Part shown: positions 13,153 to 26,094 of the stretch, piece after piece
How positions within the stretch are numbered: position 1 is the stretch's first letter
Layout: each line of letters opens with the position of its first letter
Assembly: GCA_951406725.2 (NCBI GenBank)
Contig: OX597835.1
Span: 35,278,001 to 35,342,000, forward strand
Direction: 5' to 3'
Length of the DNA: 64,000 bases
Source: Octopus vulgaris
Taxonomy: Eukaryota
Notes under the pieces: generated by a model
What the model was told of the DNA's origin: nothing
Seen by the model: the letters and a program-made list of their open reading frames with translations, nothing else
Database searches by the model: none
Program-made: the position numbers and the translations under genes

Positions 13153-13153
<1 letters not shown>
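12868..13153. repeat. About 285-bp near-perfect palindrome flanked by (TA)n
   Basis: Arms about 12868-12999 and 13024-13153; related sequence at 63145-63260. Confidence 0.9.
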
Positions 13154-13184
<31 letters not shown>

Positions 13185-13571
13185 GGCGCAGGAGTGGCTG
13201 TGTGGTAAGTAGCTTGCTAACCGACCACATGGTTCCGGGTTCAGTCCCACTGCGTGGCATCTTGGGCAAGTGTCTTCTGCTATAGCCCCGGGCCGACCAA
13301 TGCCTTGTGAGTGGATTTGGTAGACGGAAACTGAAAGAAGCCTGTCGTATATATGTGTATATATATATACGTATGTGTGTGTGTGTGTGTGTGTTTGTGT
13401 CTCTGTTTGTCCCCTTAGCATTGCTTGACAACCGATGCTGGTGTGTTTACGTCCACGTCACTTAGCGGTTCGGCAAAAAGAGACCGATAGAATAAGTACT
13501 GGGCTTATTTGCTCGACTAAAGGCGGTGCTCCAGCATGGCCGCAGTCAAATGACTGAAACAAGTAAAAGAG

Positions 13572-13572
<1 letters not shown>
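13185..13572 (+). mobile_element. tRNA-derived SINE, family A
   Basis: Near-identical to 6717-7145. Confidence 0.9.
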
Positions 13573-13600
<28 letters not shown>

Positions 13601-13603
<3 letters not shown>

Positions 13604-14965
13604 GCCCACGTTGCCGCACTTGCCCTTACCTCTCCAACACCACCCGCCTCACTAGCACCCACCATCGACCCTATCCCATCATCCACTCCTTCACCTGCAC
13701 CTCCAGCAATATTATCTATTGCATCTCTTGCTCTCTCTGCAATTCCTTGTACATCGGACAAACGGGACGCCGCTTGGCTGACCGGTTCGCGGAACACCTT
13801 CGTGACATCCACCTTGCGAACGACACACCGGTCTCACGCCATTTCCGCTCCACCGGTCACTCCTTGCAACACCTATCTGTGTTCGGTTTGTCCTTACACA
13901 GAGGCCATCCGGATTCCCGTTTGCGCCGTGAACAGGAATTAATCTTCTCTCTTCGCTCTTATACGCCATTTGGTCTCAACTCTCCCCCCTCCTCATCTAA
14001 CCCCCTCTCCCCCTCCTCACCTATCCTTTCTCCCCCGACCCCTACTTCTTCAGTCCTTCATCCTTTCACCCCTACTCCCCTTCCCTTCTTCCCTCTTTCT
14101 CCCTCCCTCTTCCCCTTCCCTCTGCTCCCTCACTCCCTCTCTCCCCTCTCCCTCTTTCCTCCTTCATCCCCCTCCTCCCCTTCCTTCTCCCCCATCCTCT
14201 CCTCTTCCCCCTTCTCCTCCCCCTCTTCTTCCCCTCGCCTTCTCTCCCCCTCTTCTCCCCCTCCCCCTCTTCTCCTCACTACACCACATGACTTTACACA
14301 TCACATCACATATGATGTGCCATACTAATACACACACCAACTAATACATACTAATACGTACTAATACATACCAGTACATACTAATACTTACACCAACCCT
14401 ATACATACACACGTCCAGACCCCGCATACGCACTTATACTCTCTCACACATACACACACACACACCTATACATACCAATACGTACTAATACATACTAATA
14501 CATACTAATACATACACCAACCCCATACATACGCACGTCCAGACCAATCTTACGCACTAATACTCTCTCATACACACACACACACACACACACACCCTTA
14601 TACATACTAATACATACACCAACCCTATACATACACACATCCAGACCCCTCCCACGCACTTTTAGCTGGTCCCTCAACCCTTTTATCAACCCTATTATCT
14701 CCCCTTATTTCGCTCTCGCGTCTCATGTTTGATCTTTGACCTCTGGCCGAAATCAGATCGCCATGTTGATTCGTTAGCTACTGCACGCATTTTTTCTCTC
14801 CTTCTTTCTGTGTTTTTCTCTCTCTGTGTATCTTTCTGTTGAAGAGCGTAGGCTCGAAACGTTAAAGACTTTTTTTATTTATATTTCCTGAGCGCCATAC
14901 TAATACAATTGTTCGTTTGTTTTCCACCTGCCTTCGTCTTTTGTTTATTTTCATAAAGCTTCCCG

Positions 14966-14966
<1 letters not shown>
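13601..14966 (+). mobile_element. 5'-truncated Neptune-like Penelope element inserted in (TA)n
   Basis: Frame from 13603: RPRCRTCPYL...FTCTSSNIIYCISCSLCNSLYIGQTGRRLADRFAEH...EQELIFSLRSYTPFGLN (GIY-YIG); C/T-rich 3' region; hammerhead-like fold at 14831; TA repeats on both sides. Confidence 0.92.
14831..14868 (+). ncRNA. Minimal hammerhead-like motif (A6U core variant)
   Basis: tcttt-CTGTTGA-a-gagc(gtag)gctc-GAAA-cg-TT-aaaga. Confidence 0.65.
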
Positions 14967-14999
<33 letters not shown>

Positions 15000-15099
15000 G
15001 TATGTATGTATGTATGTATGTATGTATGCATGTATGTATGTATGTATGTATATAACTATACTAAAAATTAATGTAAACAGCTTTTTTTTCATCTCTTCG

Positions 15100-15758
15100 A
15101 GCAACAGCTTCCGTTACCAATGATGACCATTGGAAAAAGGTCCGTATAAACATCCAACTGTTCTTTCAGTTCATGACACGCATTCATTCGCGACTGATTT
15201 TGGTCTTCCGTGAGCAAGCGAGGCACAAATTTTGTTGCAACTCTTTCCATTCGCAAAATTCGTTAGCAAGAGGTCGAGGACAAGAAGTCCGTCAGTTTTT
15301 CAGTGATGATTCTCCAAGATCAGATCAAGATCATTTTCGTGATATTTTCATTCGTTCAGGAGGTCGACGGTCGCCCTGAACGGGATTGGTCTTCAAGCGA
15401 CAACTGATCCTTCCTAAAGCGTGGAAACCAGTCGTAATTTGTGTTTTGCTCTTGGCAGCGTCTTTGTGGGCAGTTGGAAGCATGTCAAATATTTCGGCCA
15501 CCGTTTTAACCAGTAGAAAGTAGAATTTCACGGAAGCACGTCATTCCTTCATTCCAGCCATAACAAAATTCCACGAACATGGGAGAATCACTGCTGAACA
15601 AAGACGCACCATGCTGCAATACAACTCCACACGACGACGCCGATCTGCAGGCTGATGCCTGAGGGTTGCATCAAGTGGCTTCTAGCGGCGGAAGCACGAA
15701 CTACAACAGACTTGTCCCGCAGAGAACGTTTCCGGTTACTTTTGGGTATCCCCTCGTA
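15100..15758 (-). mobile_element. Degenerate mariner, 5' portion
   Basis: TIR-like tacgaggggatacccaaaagtaaccggaaa; N-terminal transposase remnant RASVKFYFLLVKTVAE..AHKDAAKSKTQ. Confidence 0.75.
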
Positions 15759-16634
15759 TATATTTGGGTGTTTATTGAGGAAGTCATTTAGTATGATTAC
15801 TATCAAAATATTTAAGAAAACTGTATTTGTTAGAATCTTTCATTTTATGATCTTCCATCAGTGTTATTATCTGGAGCGAGCGCAAAGAGTAACAACGATC
15901 ATGGACCGGCTTCTCTCGTGGAATCTCTTAGAAACCAAAACCAATATTGTGATTTTTCAAATTTATTTACACGGTTTTCACTCTTTATTTACACTACTTG
16001 GTATTGAATTAACGTGGCTATAGGCAATTATTAATACAACCGTCTTCAAGATGATTGAAATAAAAAATTCTAAAGCATTGTGTATGCAAGTATAACTAAA
16101 AATTATTCCAGTGTTACGATGAGTTGCTCAAAACCAACCATTGCTACGTTTCATTCACAAATTTCAATATTGCTATTGTGTAAGATACTTTTTGTAAAAG
16201 AATATCAGCTCCTATACTGCAAAAAAAAATGAACATTTACTAATGGGAGTAGCAAAATTTAGCCAGCATTGAAAATTTGTTTAGCAATGTTCGTGAAAAG
16301 AATGCTTCAATTAATGGAGCGCGTATGCATCAAAATACAGAAGAGTTTTGAAAAGAAATAAGGAAAAAAAATTACACTAACGGAGAAATGGTGTAAAATG
16401 ATGAAAAAGACGAGAAAATATTGTGAACAACGCATTCATAGCGAGAAAAATTGTGTGTAAAAACGCGTTTATGGCGAGAAGAATTGCATAAAAATGTGCT
16501 TAAGTCAAGAAAAATACGTTATCAGCTGAGGTGTGGATGAAGAGAGAATGATGCAAAATTGTTGGAGAATATCCTCTTACAATTATTTAAGCCCCAATAA
16601 AACGGGAACTTAATTTTTTTGCAATACCCGAGTA

Positions 16635-16818
16635 TCTATTATATAAAATCCGTTCTGTCTGTCTGTGTGTGTGTCTTCTAAGATCTCGGGCATCCTCCAT
16701 CCGATTGCGCTCAAATTTGATATGTAGATGCCGACGGTATCGGGGCGTGTATAAGTCTTGAAAAAGTTACAAAAGTCGATTCCAGGTGAGAATGCGATCG
16801 ATAAAGCCGTGGGAACGT
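16635..16818 (+). mobile_element. Helitron-like non-autonomous element, 5' end
   Basis: Starts tctattatataaaa, followed by (ctgt)n and ccgattgcgctcaaatttg, typical of such elements. Confidence 0.5.
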
Positions 16819-16819
16819 C

Positions 16820-17090
16820 CAAACATTTCGGCTGTTTTCATCACGCTAGCGCCTGCCCTACAAGCACCAACAATTTCACCTCTTTGAAAGTCCGATTGAT
16901 CTGTCATTTTAATGAATTTTAATTATCTTTTTCTGATGATATCTGAAAAGAAACAGCAATTTTAGCAAAGCATATTAAGCAACACTAATAATAAATAAAA
17001 AAAAACTTAAAAATAAACAAGTTTTTGACGCTTTTCAAAATTATGATGCTATGGTGCTAGGTGTTTCCATTATTTTGTCCAACTCCTGTA
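16820..17090 (-). mobile_element. Tc1-like transposon 5' end
   Basis: TIR TA-caggagttggacaaaataatggaaacacc; transposase start MTDQSDFQRGEIVGACRAGASVMKTAEMFG. Confidence 0.85.
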
Positions 17091-17091
17091 T

Positions 17092-17164
<73 letters not shown>

Positions 17165-17274
17165 GCACATACATATATACGTAAATACACATACACATGC
17201 TCATGACTCGTCATTTCTCATGAGCATGTGTACGTGTATTTATGTATATATATATATATATATGTGTGTGTATA

Positions 17275-17308
<34 letters not shown>

Positions 17309-17344
17309 GAAGGTTTGGAGGTGATGTACAGGTATTATATATTC

Positions 17345-17388
<44 letters not shown>

Positions 17389-17451
17389 TATATATATACA
17401 TAAATACACATACACATGCTCATAACACGTCGTTTCTCTCTCTCTCTCTCG

Positions 17452-17488
<37 letters not shown>

Positions 17489-18011
17489 ACATATGCATAC
17501 ACATATACAGAGAGAGATACACATACACATTCATATATAAAAGCTGTTATATGTATGAGTTTGTATGAGTTTCTCTCCCTCTCCCTCTGCGTCTCCTCTC
17601 TCTGTCTATTTCTCTCACTTCACTTCTCTACCTCTCTGCCCCCTCTCTGCTTCCCTCCCCCTCTCTCTCATCTCGTCTTTGTCTTAATATGTCTCTGTGT
17701 ACAACTGATACGAAACGCAGGCGCCTATTAAGAGCTTAATCCGAGTTGAGTAGAGTCATATAAGAAGTGTTATGTTGCGAGGAGCTCCAAGCAGGATTAC
17801 AAGTGCATTTAGTGTTCATAATAACAGTGTTTGTCAAATAAAAAAGCCTGCATAATCCATTGCTTAAACTAACTATACCAATAGAATTGAGCGGCGAGCA
17901 AATTACAGTATGATTAAAACTATTTAGATTAGAGTGGATTAGTTAATCCTTTATATGCGTGAGTACAGTGTTTCCGAATGTGAAGAATATTTGTAATGTG
18001 CGTGCGTGTAT

Positions 18012-18092
<81 letters not shown>

Positions 18093-18281
18093 TGTGTATG
18101 TGAATGCGTGTGTGTGTGTGAAAGTACGCAACCGCAAACACACACACGTATATATATATACGTGTGGATATATATATATGTGTGGGATATATATATATAT
18201 ACATATATATATCACCCCCACATGCACTCACATACCTACATACACACACACATATACATGCATACACACATTAGTACATAC

Positions 18282-18387
<106 letters not shown>

Positions 18388-18408
18388 GTCTACATCTCTA
18401 ATTATCTA

Positions 18409-18450
<42 letters not shown>

Positions 18451-18464
18451 TTTATTTAAAACAA

Positions 18465-18511
18465 AAAACTGTCCGATGAACGGCAACGGGAAACTCAGAG
18501 TAACAGGTTTT
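18465..18511 (+). ncRNA. Minimal hammerhead ribozyme (U4C variant) in a 90-bp element
   Basis: ctgt-CCGATGA-acg(gcaa)cgg-GAAA-ctcagag-TA-acag. Confidence 0.75.
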
Positions 18512-18545
18512 GTTGAAATTTCTGCTGCTTTAAATAAAGCATATA

Positions 18546-18616
<71 letters not shown>

Positions 18617-19090
18617 ACATACAGACATAAACACACACACATACACACACACACATACACACACACAAACATATCCATAGTAAGATAGACATAAAAATAA
18701 AAACGAAAAAGAAAGGTAGATATTTCTCAAATGAGAAATTATTAATATTTTTATTTTTACATCTAACATTCTCAGCTTGTTGCTTGTTGTATCATTAACG
18801 TACCACGTCTTGTTTACTCCCGTGAACTAAGGTGGTATTTTCAAGTCTCGAGAACTTAACGGACACTTCTTACACTACCAAGAAACGCTGTTTTCTACAT
18901 ATTTCAATTTTATTCCTATAATTTCCAGTCAATTAAAATGTTTTAATACTCACAATAATTAAGGCACCAACAATTCTTTGGAGGATTATACTCTTTTGTT
19001 ATTGGCCAGAGGATTTTGAATTTTATCCTCTAAATTTCGCATCCCGTCAGTTTATTTTACGCCTATATTCGTTGATTCTACTGTCGCCAG

Positions 19091-19395
19091 GTGGAGGCAC
19101 ATGGCCTAGTGGTTAGAGCAGCGGACTCGCGGTCGAGGGATCGCGGGTTCGAATCTCAGACAGGGCGATGTGTGTGTTTATTTGCGAAAACACTTAAACT
19201 CCACGCGGCTCCGGCAGAAGGTAATGGCGAAACCTCTGTTGACTCTTTCGCCGCAACTTTCTCTCATTCTTTCCCCCTGCATCTTGCAGCTCACCTGCGA
19301 CGGCCCGGCGTCACGTCCCGGTGGGGAACCTATACGCCAAGAAACCGGCAAACCGACCCTTAAGAGCCAGGCATGGCTCGAGATGGAACAAACAA
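19091..19395 (+). mobile_element. tRNA-derived SINE, family D
   Basis: tggcctagtggtt A box, ggttcgaatct B box; second copy at 39560-39832 (-). Confidence 0.85.
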
Positions 19396-19577
19396 CAAAC
19401 TGTCACCAGGGTCAGCGATGTCTTTGATCAAGCATGACTTCTCTTCCTTGTCTACGAATACAATATTGGGTTTCCGATCTTCGACCTTATGATTACACTG
19501 GATAACGCAGTCCCAAACGACCTTAATTCTATCGTTTTCTACCACACCCTTTCACACATGCTTATACAATTTTCTCG

Positions 19578-19873
19578 TGAAGGCGCGTGGTTAGAGGCGT
19601 TTGGCTCATGATCGTAAGGTCGTGAGTTCAATTCCCGGCGGCGCGTTGTGTCCCTGAGCAAGACACTTTATCTCACGTTGCTCTTGTACCTGTATTTCAA
19701 AGGGACAGCCTTGTCACACTCTGTGTAACGCTGAATCTCCCCGAGAACTACGTTAAGGGTACACGTGTTTGTGGAGTGCTCAGCCACATGCACGTTAATT
19801 TCCCGAGCAAGCTGTTCCGTTGATCGTATCAGCTGGGACCCTCATCGTCGCCACCGACGGAGTGTTCTCTCTC
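19578..19873 (+). mobile_element. tRNA-derived SINE, family C, with 14-bp TSD
   Basis: TSD atacaattttctcg at 19564-19577 and 19874-19887; homologous to 63668-63983. Confidence 0.9.
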
Positions 19874-20346
19874 ATACAATTTTCTCGCTCTTCCCAATCC
19901 AAACTTCTGGCATAATTCACAGTGGACAATTCGGGCGAAATTGTCATGTCTTTTCTATTCGCTTAAAATATGCCAGGCTGCATTTCCACTTTCACCGCAC
20001 ATTCTACATATGTCATATTCTGCTGATTCACCAATTTTGCGCTTGATGTATTTAGTTCTCCATATTTGTTCAGGTACTGAACACATCAAGGCCTCTTTTT
20101 GTAGTCGCTTTTTCTTTGCTATCAAAATCACCTTAGTTATGTCCCTTTATATCTCTCTCAAGATTTCACTGTGCGTCTTCCAATCTTTCCGGTTATTTTC
20201 CTTCTTTGTTTCTTTGTTTCTGTCTTTGTTTTGTTATTCATTTTCTCTTCGCAGTTTTTCATATATAAATGACCTAGCTTCCTTACCTATACAAGTAATG
20301 CTTGCTCCGCATTCTCTATAAGCCAAATAAGGAAGAAGAAAGCAAA

Positions 20347-20391
20347 GGACCACTGATGCGGTCACAGGAGTGTGACGAAAGAACTCTGGCC
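20347..20391 (+). ncRNA. Minimal hammerhead-like motif (A9C variant)
   Basis: cca-CTGATGC-g-gtcac(aggagt)gtgac-GAAA-gaac-TC-tgg; second copy at 41912. Confidence 0.65.
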
Positions 20392-22248
20392 GAAATAAGA
20401 TTAAGATTAAGATTAATGTAAAAAATAAATAACGCTGAAGCAAAGTAACACCAAATAACAAAATATATAGTGCGTGTGTTTTTATTGGCTAAACTGGCAA
20501 AATGACCATTCCTAAATACAACAATATCTGTTTCAACACACGATTTCACATCAAAAATCTTGCAAAACAAATATATAAACGTACCAAAAAATATTGTTTT
20601 CCTCTACCTGTATACAATCCTTACAATTTCTCAATCTCCGCCCTCCATTCTTTCTCGTAAGGTGTGACTTATCAGCATTATTTTCGCGGTGGAACGCACT
20701 GTTTATTGTCAATTGTCTTCTTGCTTTCTTATCCAAGGATTTCCATCGAGGCTCCATATCTCAGGAGAGCAAACTGGCCATGAATTTATTGCTCGGAATT
20801 TATTCCACCCTTTCAGTTTAGACTTCAAAGCCAACCTCAACAATCTCTTATATTCCCGAGAGAATATCTTCTTCATTTCCCCTATTCCAAGTTCGAGAGA
20901 GGTGGGGCTAGTGGATTACGTCAACCCCAATAGTTAACTGGTACTTATTTAATCAATTCCCGAAAGGATGAAAGGCAAAGTCGACCTCGGTGGAATTTCT
21001 ATTGACTTTAGTAATATTGATTTTAACTTTTGGCACAAGGTCAGCAATTTCGAGGAAGGGCAAGTCGATTACACCGACCTCAGTACTCAACTGGTATTTA
21101 TTTTATCGACCTCGAAAGAACTAAAGTCAAAGCCGACCTTGGTGATATTTGAACTCAGAACGTAAAGACGGACGAAGTGCTGTTAGGCATTTTGTCCGAC
21201 GTGCCAACGATTCTAGTAGTTCGCTGCCGAAATGAATTTAGTTACATTAATAACGATATTGGCAATGCTATAATATCTAATCTTTTATTCTGTTATTTCT
21301 TTCAATCATTGAAATTCAGCGTCGCTGTAGCAGCGTCTTGAATAGTTTAGCCGAACAAATTGATGTCAAGTCTGGTGATTCTTCTAACTGATTATTTTGT
21401 TAAACAGCTTGGTTATGGGACGTAAACAAGCCGACATCGGTTGTCAAGCGGTGGTTGTGGATTAATACACACACACACAGATATATGCATATATTATTCA
21501 TATACATACATACATTCATACATATGCATTTTTTAATATTCCCTCCCTCTCTGTCTCTCTCTCTATATATATATATTTACATATTTGTATATATATTTAT
21601 ATATCTATGTATATATATACAAATATATATATATGTATACATATTTCTATATCTAAGTATGCGCATATATATATATATATTCGGTTTAAGTAATTGAGAT
21701 TCAAGTGAATTCTAATGAGCACCGGAAATCTATATGGTGTTAACCATACGACAAGTGGGGTGATTACAAATAGGAAAAAAGCAACAAGAATGGATTAAAA
21801 TCTACAGAATAAGATTATCATTTTGCTCCTCATTCGGATTCCCTGATATTTTCGCATGATTGTACCCAAAATTTCTTCACATAACTTGATTAATAATTCA
21901 CTATGAACTATATGGACATGCACATATTCTGTAAGTTCAAGACTTTTTATCGGACCTCCAGGAATCGAACTTATCTGTGATTCTTGTAAATTTTAATAAC
22001 AATCTGTTCCTCTACACGATATGACAGTCACTTTGCTTCTTACTCGGATTTTCAGAAATTTCGCATGACTGTATCCGAAATTTCTTCACATAACTTGATT
22101 AACAATTCAATATGAGCTATATATAGACATGCACAAATTCTGTAAGTTTCATCGGATCTCCAGGAATCGAACTTTCTTCAATGCAGTTAATCTTACACCC
22201 TCATTTGTATCTACCCCTTTTGATGTTTGGGAATTCTCTGATGTTTTT

Positions 22249-22332
22249 TCGGCTGACGAGTACGAGCCATCTGTATTTACTGCATTTTTTGTAGCTTATT
22301 AAAGATGTCCTCGTACGAAACGATTGTACCGA
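22249..22332 (+). ncRNA. Type-I hammerhead ribozyme, canonical core
   Basis: tcgg-CTGACGA-gtacgag...ctcgtac-GAAA-cgattg-TA-ccga. Confidence 0.9.
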
Positions 22333-22360
22333 GATTTTAATCCATTCTTGTTGCTTTTTT

Positions 22361-22440
<80 letters not shown>

Positions 22441-22506
22441 GGGAGCAAGGGCGAAAACAACCTTATATATATATATATACACATTAAGGGAGCAAGGGCG
22501 AAAACA

Positions 22507-22627
<121 letters not shown>

Positions 22628-24159
22628 CGTATATATATATATTATGTGATATAATATATGTGGTATATAATATATATTATTGTGTGTGTGTATATATATG
22701 TTTGTGTGTCTGTGTTTGTCCCCCCAACATCATTTGATAACCGATGCTGGTGTGTTTACGTCCCCGTATCTTAGTTGTTCGGCAAAAAGAATCCAATAGA
22801 ATAAGTACTAGGCTTCCAAAGATTAAGTCCTTGGTTCGACTTGCTCGACTAAAGGTGGTGTTCCAGCATAGCCACAGTCAAATAACTGAAACAAGTAAAA
22901 GAGTAGTTGTTGAAGTTGAGAGTTTGAAACATAGGTAACAGGTACTTCTTTTTTCCAAGAAAATTTTCCTCAAATTTGATCCAATTGTAATTAAGGTGGC
23001 TAATAAAATATCAGGATAATTTTGGGTGTTTAACCATCAATATTCTTTCCTCTGTTGGATTCTACATCATTTTTTTTCCAAACTAATGTCTAATTTGATC
23101 ATCTTCAAGCTTAGAAAATATGTCTAACATTTGTAACTTGCATTAAAAGAAAAAAATCTCACCCCTTTTCCTTCCTTCATTGTGCTTTTCTCAGTGAAGG
23201 AAAGGTCAAACACCACAAATGGATGTGTGAAAAAAGAAATTTGAATTCTGAAAAGTGTATCAGTCTTTTATTTAAACTTTCTCTGTTAACTCATCAAATC
23301 CAGTTACATGAAGCGGAGGAGGGGTTTTGAGATTTAAATTTGGTAATTTTCTAAGATTTTAATTCTTGAATATAAGGGGCCGACCGATCTTGAAATTCCC
23401 CGGACCCCCCCCATCCCCGGTTTAAATCCGGTCCTGGTGGTTTCCATGATGTATAACAAGAAATTCCACCGAACAAGGCTCTCGTCCACTGCAGGGTTCA
23501 GCGTTAGCAAAGTCAGATGGGAGGGGAGAAGTCGATAACATCGACCGCAGTACTTGACCGGTAATTTATTTTAATTGACACCTAAGGAATAAAAGACAAA
23601 GTTGACCTTAGCTGGATTTGAACTCAGAACGTAACGAGCTGGAAGAAATGTCGATACACATTTTTTCTGAACTGCTAAAGAATCTCTCACTCCACTGCTT
23701 TAAATTGTTGATTAGTTTCTATTAAATTTCTGGCTAATCCTTTTACTTACAGCATCTCTCTTCTGATAGCGGTGTCTTTCGCTGAAGTCTTTCTGTTCCT
23801 AGTTGAGAGGGATTACCCTGTATTTAAATATTCTGTTTTTAACTGTCCCCAAATATTGTTTTTTGTTTATCTTTAAGGTTTTTGCTGGTAGGAAATGTAT
23901 TTATTTAAACAAAAATAATCCAGGAGAAAAAAAAACAGCAACTGAGCGTGGTCAGTTGAATGCATTTAAATAACGCAGTCAAATGATGTTGGTAATATTT
24001 TCGTGACGAAGATCCTGAGAAATATTGGCCTGCCTTGATGTGGCTGTGGTAATCGATTCTTGACACCGATTTGCTTTTCTTCCTACCTGCACTCAATATC
24101 ACTCCACTGAATCCGAACCCATCTCTTTCGACTTCGAGATCTGAATACGAAAGTAAAGT

Positions 24160-24412
24160 AAAGGCTACCTTCTCGCGTCAAACCGATTCTTAAGGGCCGA
24201 TTTCCCAGTTTCCATCACGTAGAAATTCCCCACCCGGAGGGGAATATATACGGTCCTTCGCAGGATTACTCCTTTTTGCCAGCTGAGTGGACTGAAGCAA
24301 CGTGAAATGCAGTGCTTTGCTTAAGAACACAATGCATCGCCCGGCCCAGGAATCGAAACCACAATCTTACGATTATGAGTTCAATGCCGTAACGACTAAG
24401 CCAAGCGCCTCC
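24160..24412 (-). mobile_element. tRNA-derived SINE (family-C-type head)
   Basis: Reverse complement of ggcgcttggcttagtcgtta...ggtttcgattcctggg. Confidence 0.75.
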
Positions 24413-24974
24413 ACTGATCTCAGTACAGTGGACCTGGGAAAGAAAAAGAGCTGGAGAATCAACAGTAGCAGCGAATCAGGGAGTGGTGTCACTCAAGCAG
24501 CCCACTGCCCTCTTTTACACACTTCCTACGTCTAAAACACGCATAAAAACGCACTGAGTGATTTTGTTTAAATAACATGGTTATGCGGTACGATGTTTGC
24601 TTCCAAGACATACTTCCGGGTTCAATCCCACTGGGTGACACTATGGGTAAGTGTGTACACACATTCTACGACTCCAGGCCACGTGAAGCTCTCCAGCCCT
24701 GTAAAGCAATTCACCTAGGAGAAGGCTACTTCACTGTAATACCGGCAGCGTGCTGTTTACCGCAATGCAGGTACATTAAATACCATACAACATGAATTCT
24801 CGATTTGTAAAAAAATTATTCCTGCTTCTAGAAGATATATCATAACCAAACGCCAATTAAGACCACCTCCATGCAAGAAGGGGGTATAATTTCTATAATC
24901 AAGGACATGCCATTAAGGAAAAGGGCAGGTTTATTGTCTGGCGATAAAAGGAGATTCGTGGATATGTGTTTCTG

Positions 24975-25460
24975 GTTCGACTTTGCCTTTCATCCTTTCG
25001 ATGTCGATAAATTAAATACCAGTCGCGTACTGGGATCGATCTCATCGACCCCCTGCCCCAAAATTTCGGGCCTTGTGCCTAGAGTAGAAAAGAATATATT
25101 TTTAAGGCGGCGAGCTGGCAGAAACGTTAGCACGCGCGGTGAAATGCTTAGTGGTATTTCGTCTGTCTTTACGTTCTGTGTTCAAATTCTGCTGAGGTTG
25201 ACTTAGCGTTTCATCCTTTCGAGGTCGTTAAAATAAGTACCAGTTACGCACTGGGGTCGATGTAATCAACTAGCTTCCCTCCCCTAAAATTTCAGGCCTT
25301 GTGTCTCTAGTAGAAAGGATAATGTAATATATCCACTCAAGTATTTGATTGGACTTTTGTTTAATGACCTCGAAGGAATGAAAAGCAAAGTTGACTTCGG
25401 TGGGAATTGAACTCAGGTCGTAAAACGCCGGAAGAAATACCGCTAGCCATTCTAGCCACT
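24975..25460. mobile_element. Cluster of family-B SINE copies
   Basis: Homology to family B in both orientations. Confidence 0.75.
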
Positions 25461-26094
25461 CGCCATCTAGATTTCTTCTACGACTACAACTAAAAATAAT
25501 TTATTTTTCCTCTCTTTGGTATTTCGATTCGGTTCTTCAAAAGCAGATTTGGTGTTACCGTTTCCAGCCTTGTTTTTTCTTTGTAATACATTCCTGCATG
25601 GCAGATTTACTATTCAGATATATAGAACAACGATTTTGAATAAATGGTCACTTTTAGTGGATAGGATCAGAAGAATAACTGGATATTTCATGTGACATTG
25701 ATATTCGAGAAGTTATTCAGCTTATATTCAAAGAATCGCCTCTTTACCAAATACACCACTGCTTTTTTTAGTGACTGTGTGTGTGTGTGTGTGTGTGTGG
25801 GGGTGTTTTCTTCTGTTTTTAATTATCTAAGTTCTTCCTCTGAAGAAGGAGCTGATTTCTAACAACGTTGCAAAGCTCCATCATTGGAATGTAGATAACG
25901 AAAGCAATGTCACATTTTAAACTTCAGAAAATGCCTTGCATATTTTTACTGTTCTACTTACAGAATGTATTTGTAATGTGCGGGTTGGTTGATTTCTTTT
26001 CTGAAAATTCAAACTTATTCAGAATGTTTGTTAGTTATTTACTCATAAAACTAAGTGCACCAATTATTACTGGTATTTATGTCATTATTCAGTT

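Larger units (their letters stand above)
19396..20880 (-). mobile_element. Degenerate R4/Dong-type non-LTR retrotransposon fragment with nested insertions
   Basis: LDKKARRQLT..FH..LTRKNGGRRL (post-RT region); VENDRIKVVWD..RKPNIVFVDKEEKSCLIKDIADPGD (restriction-like endonuclease). Confidence 0.8.

Noticed and set aside
19091-19165. tRNA gene (also 63668 and 6717)
   Set aside because: The tRNA-like heads continue into multi-copy SINE bodies
25839-25880. CTGAAGA followed by a ggagct/agctcc hairpin
   Set aside because: No GAAA or stem I; belongs to the LINE 3'-UTR repeat
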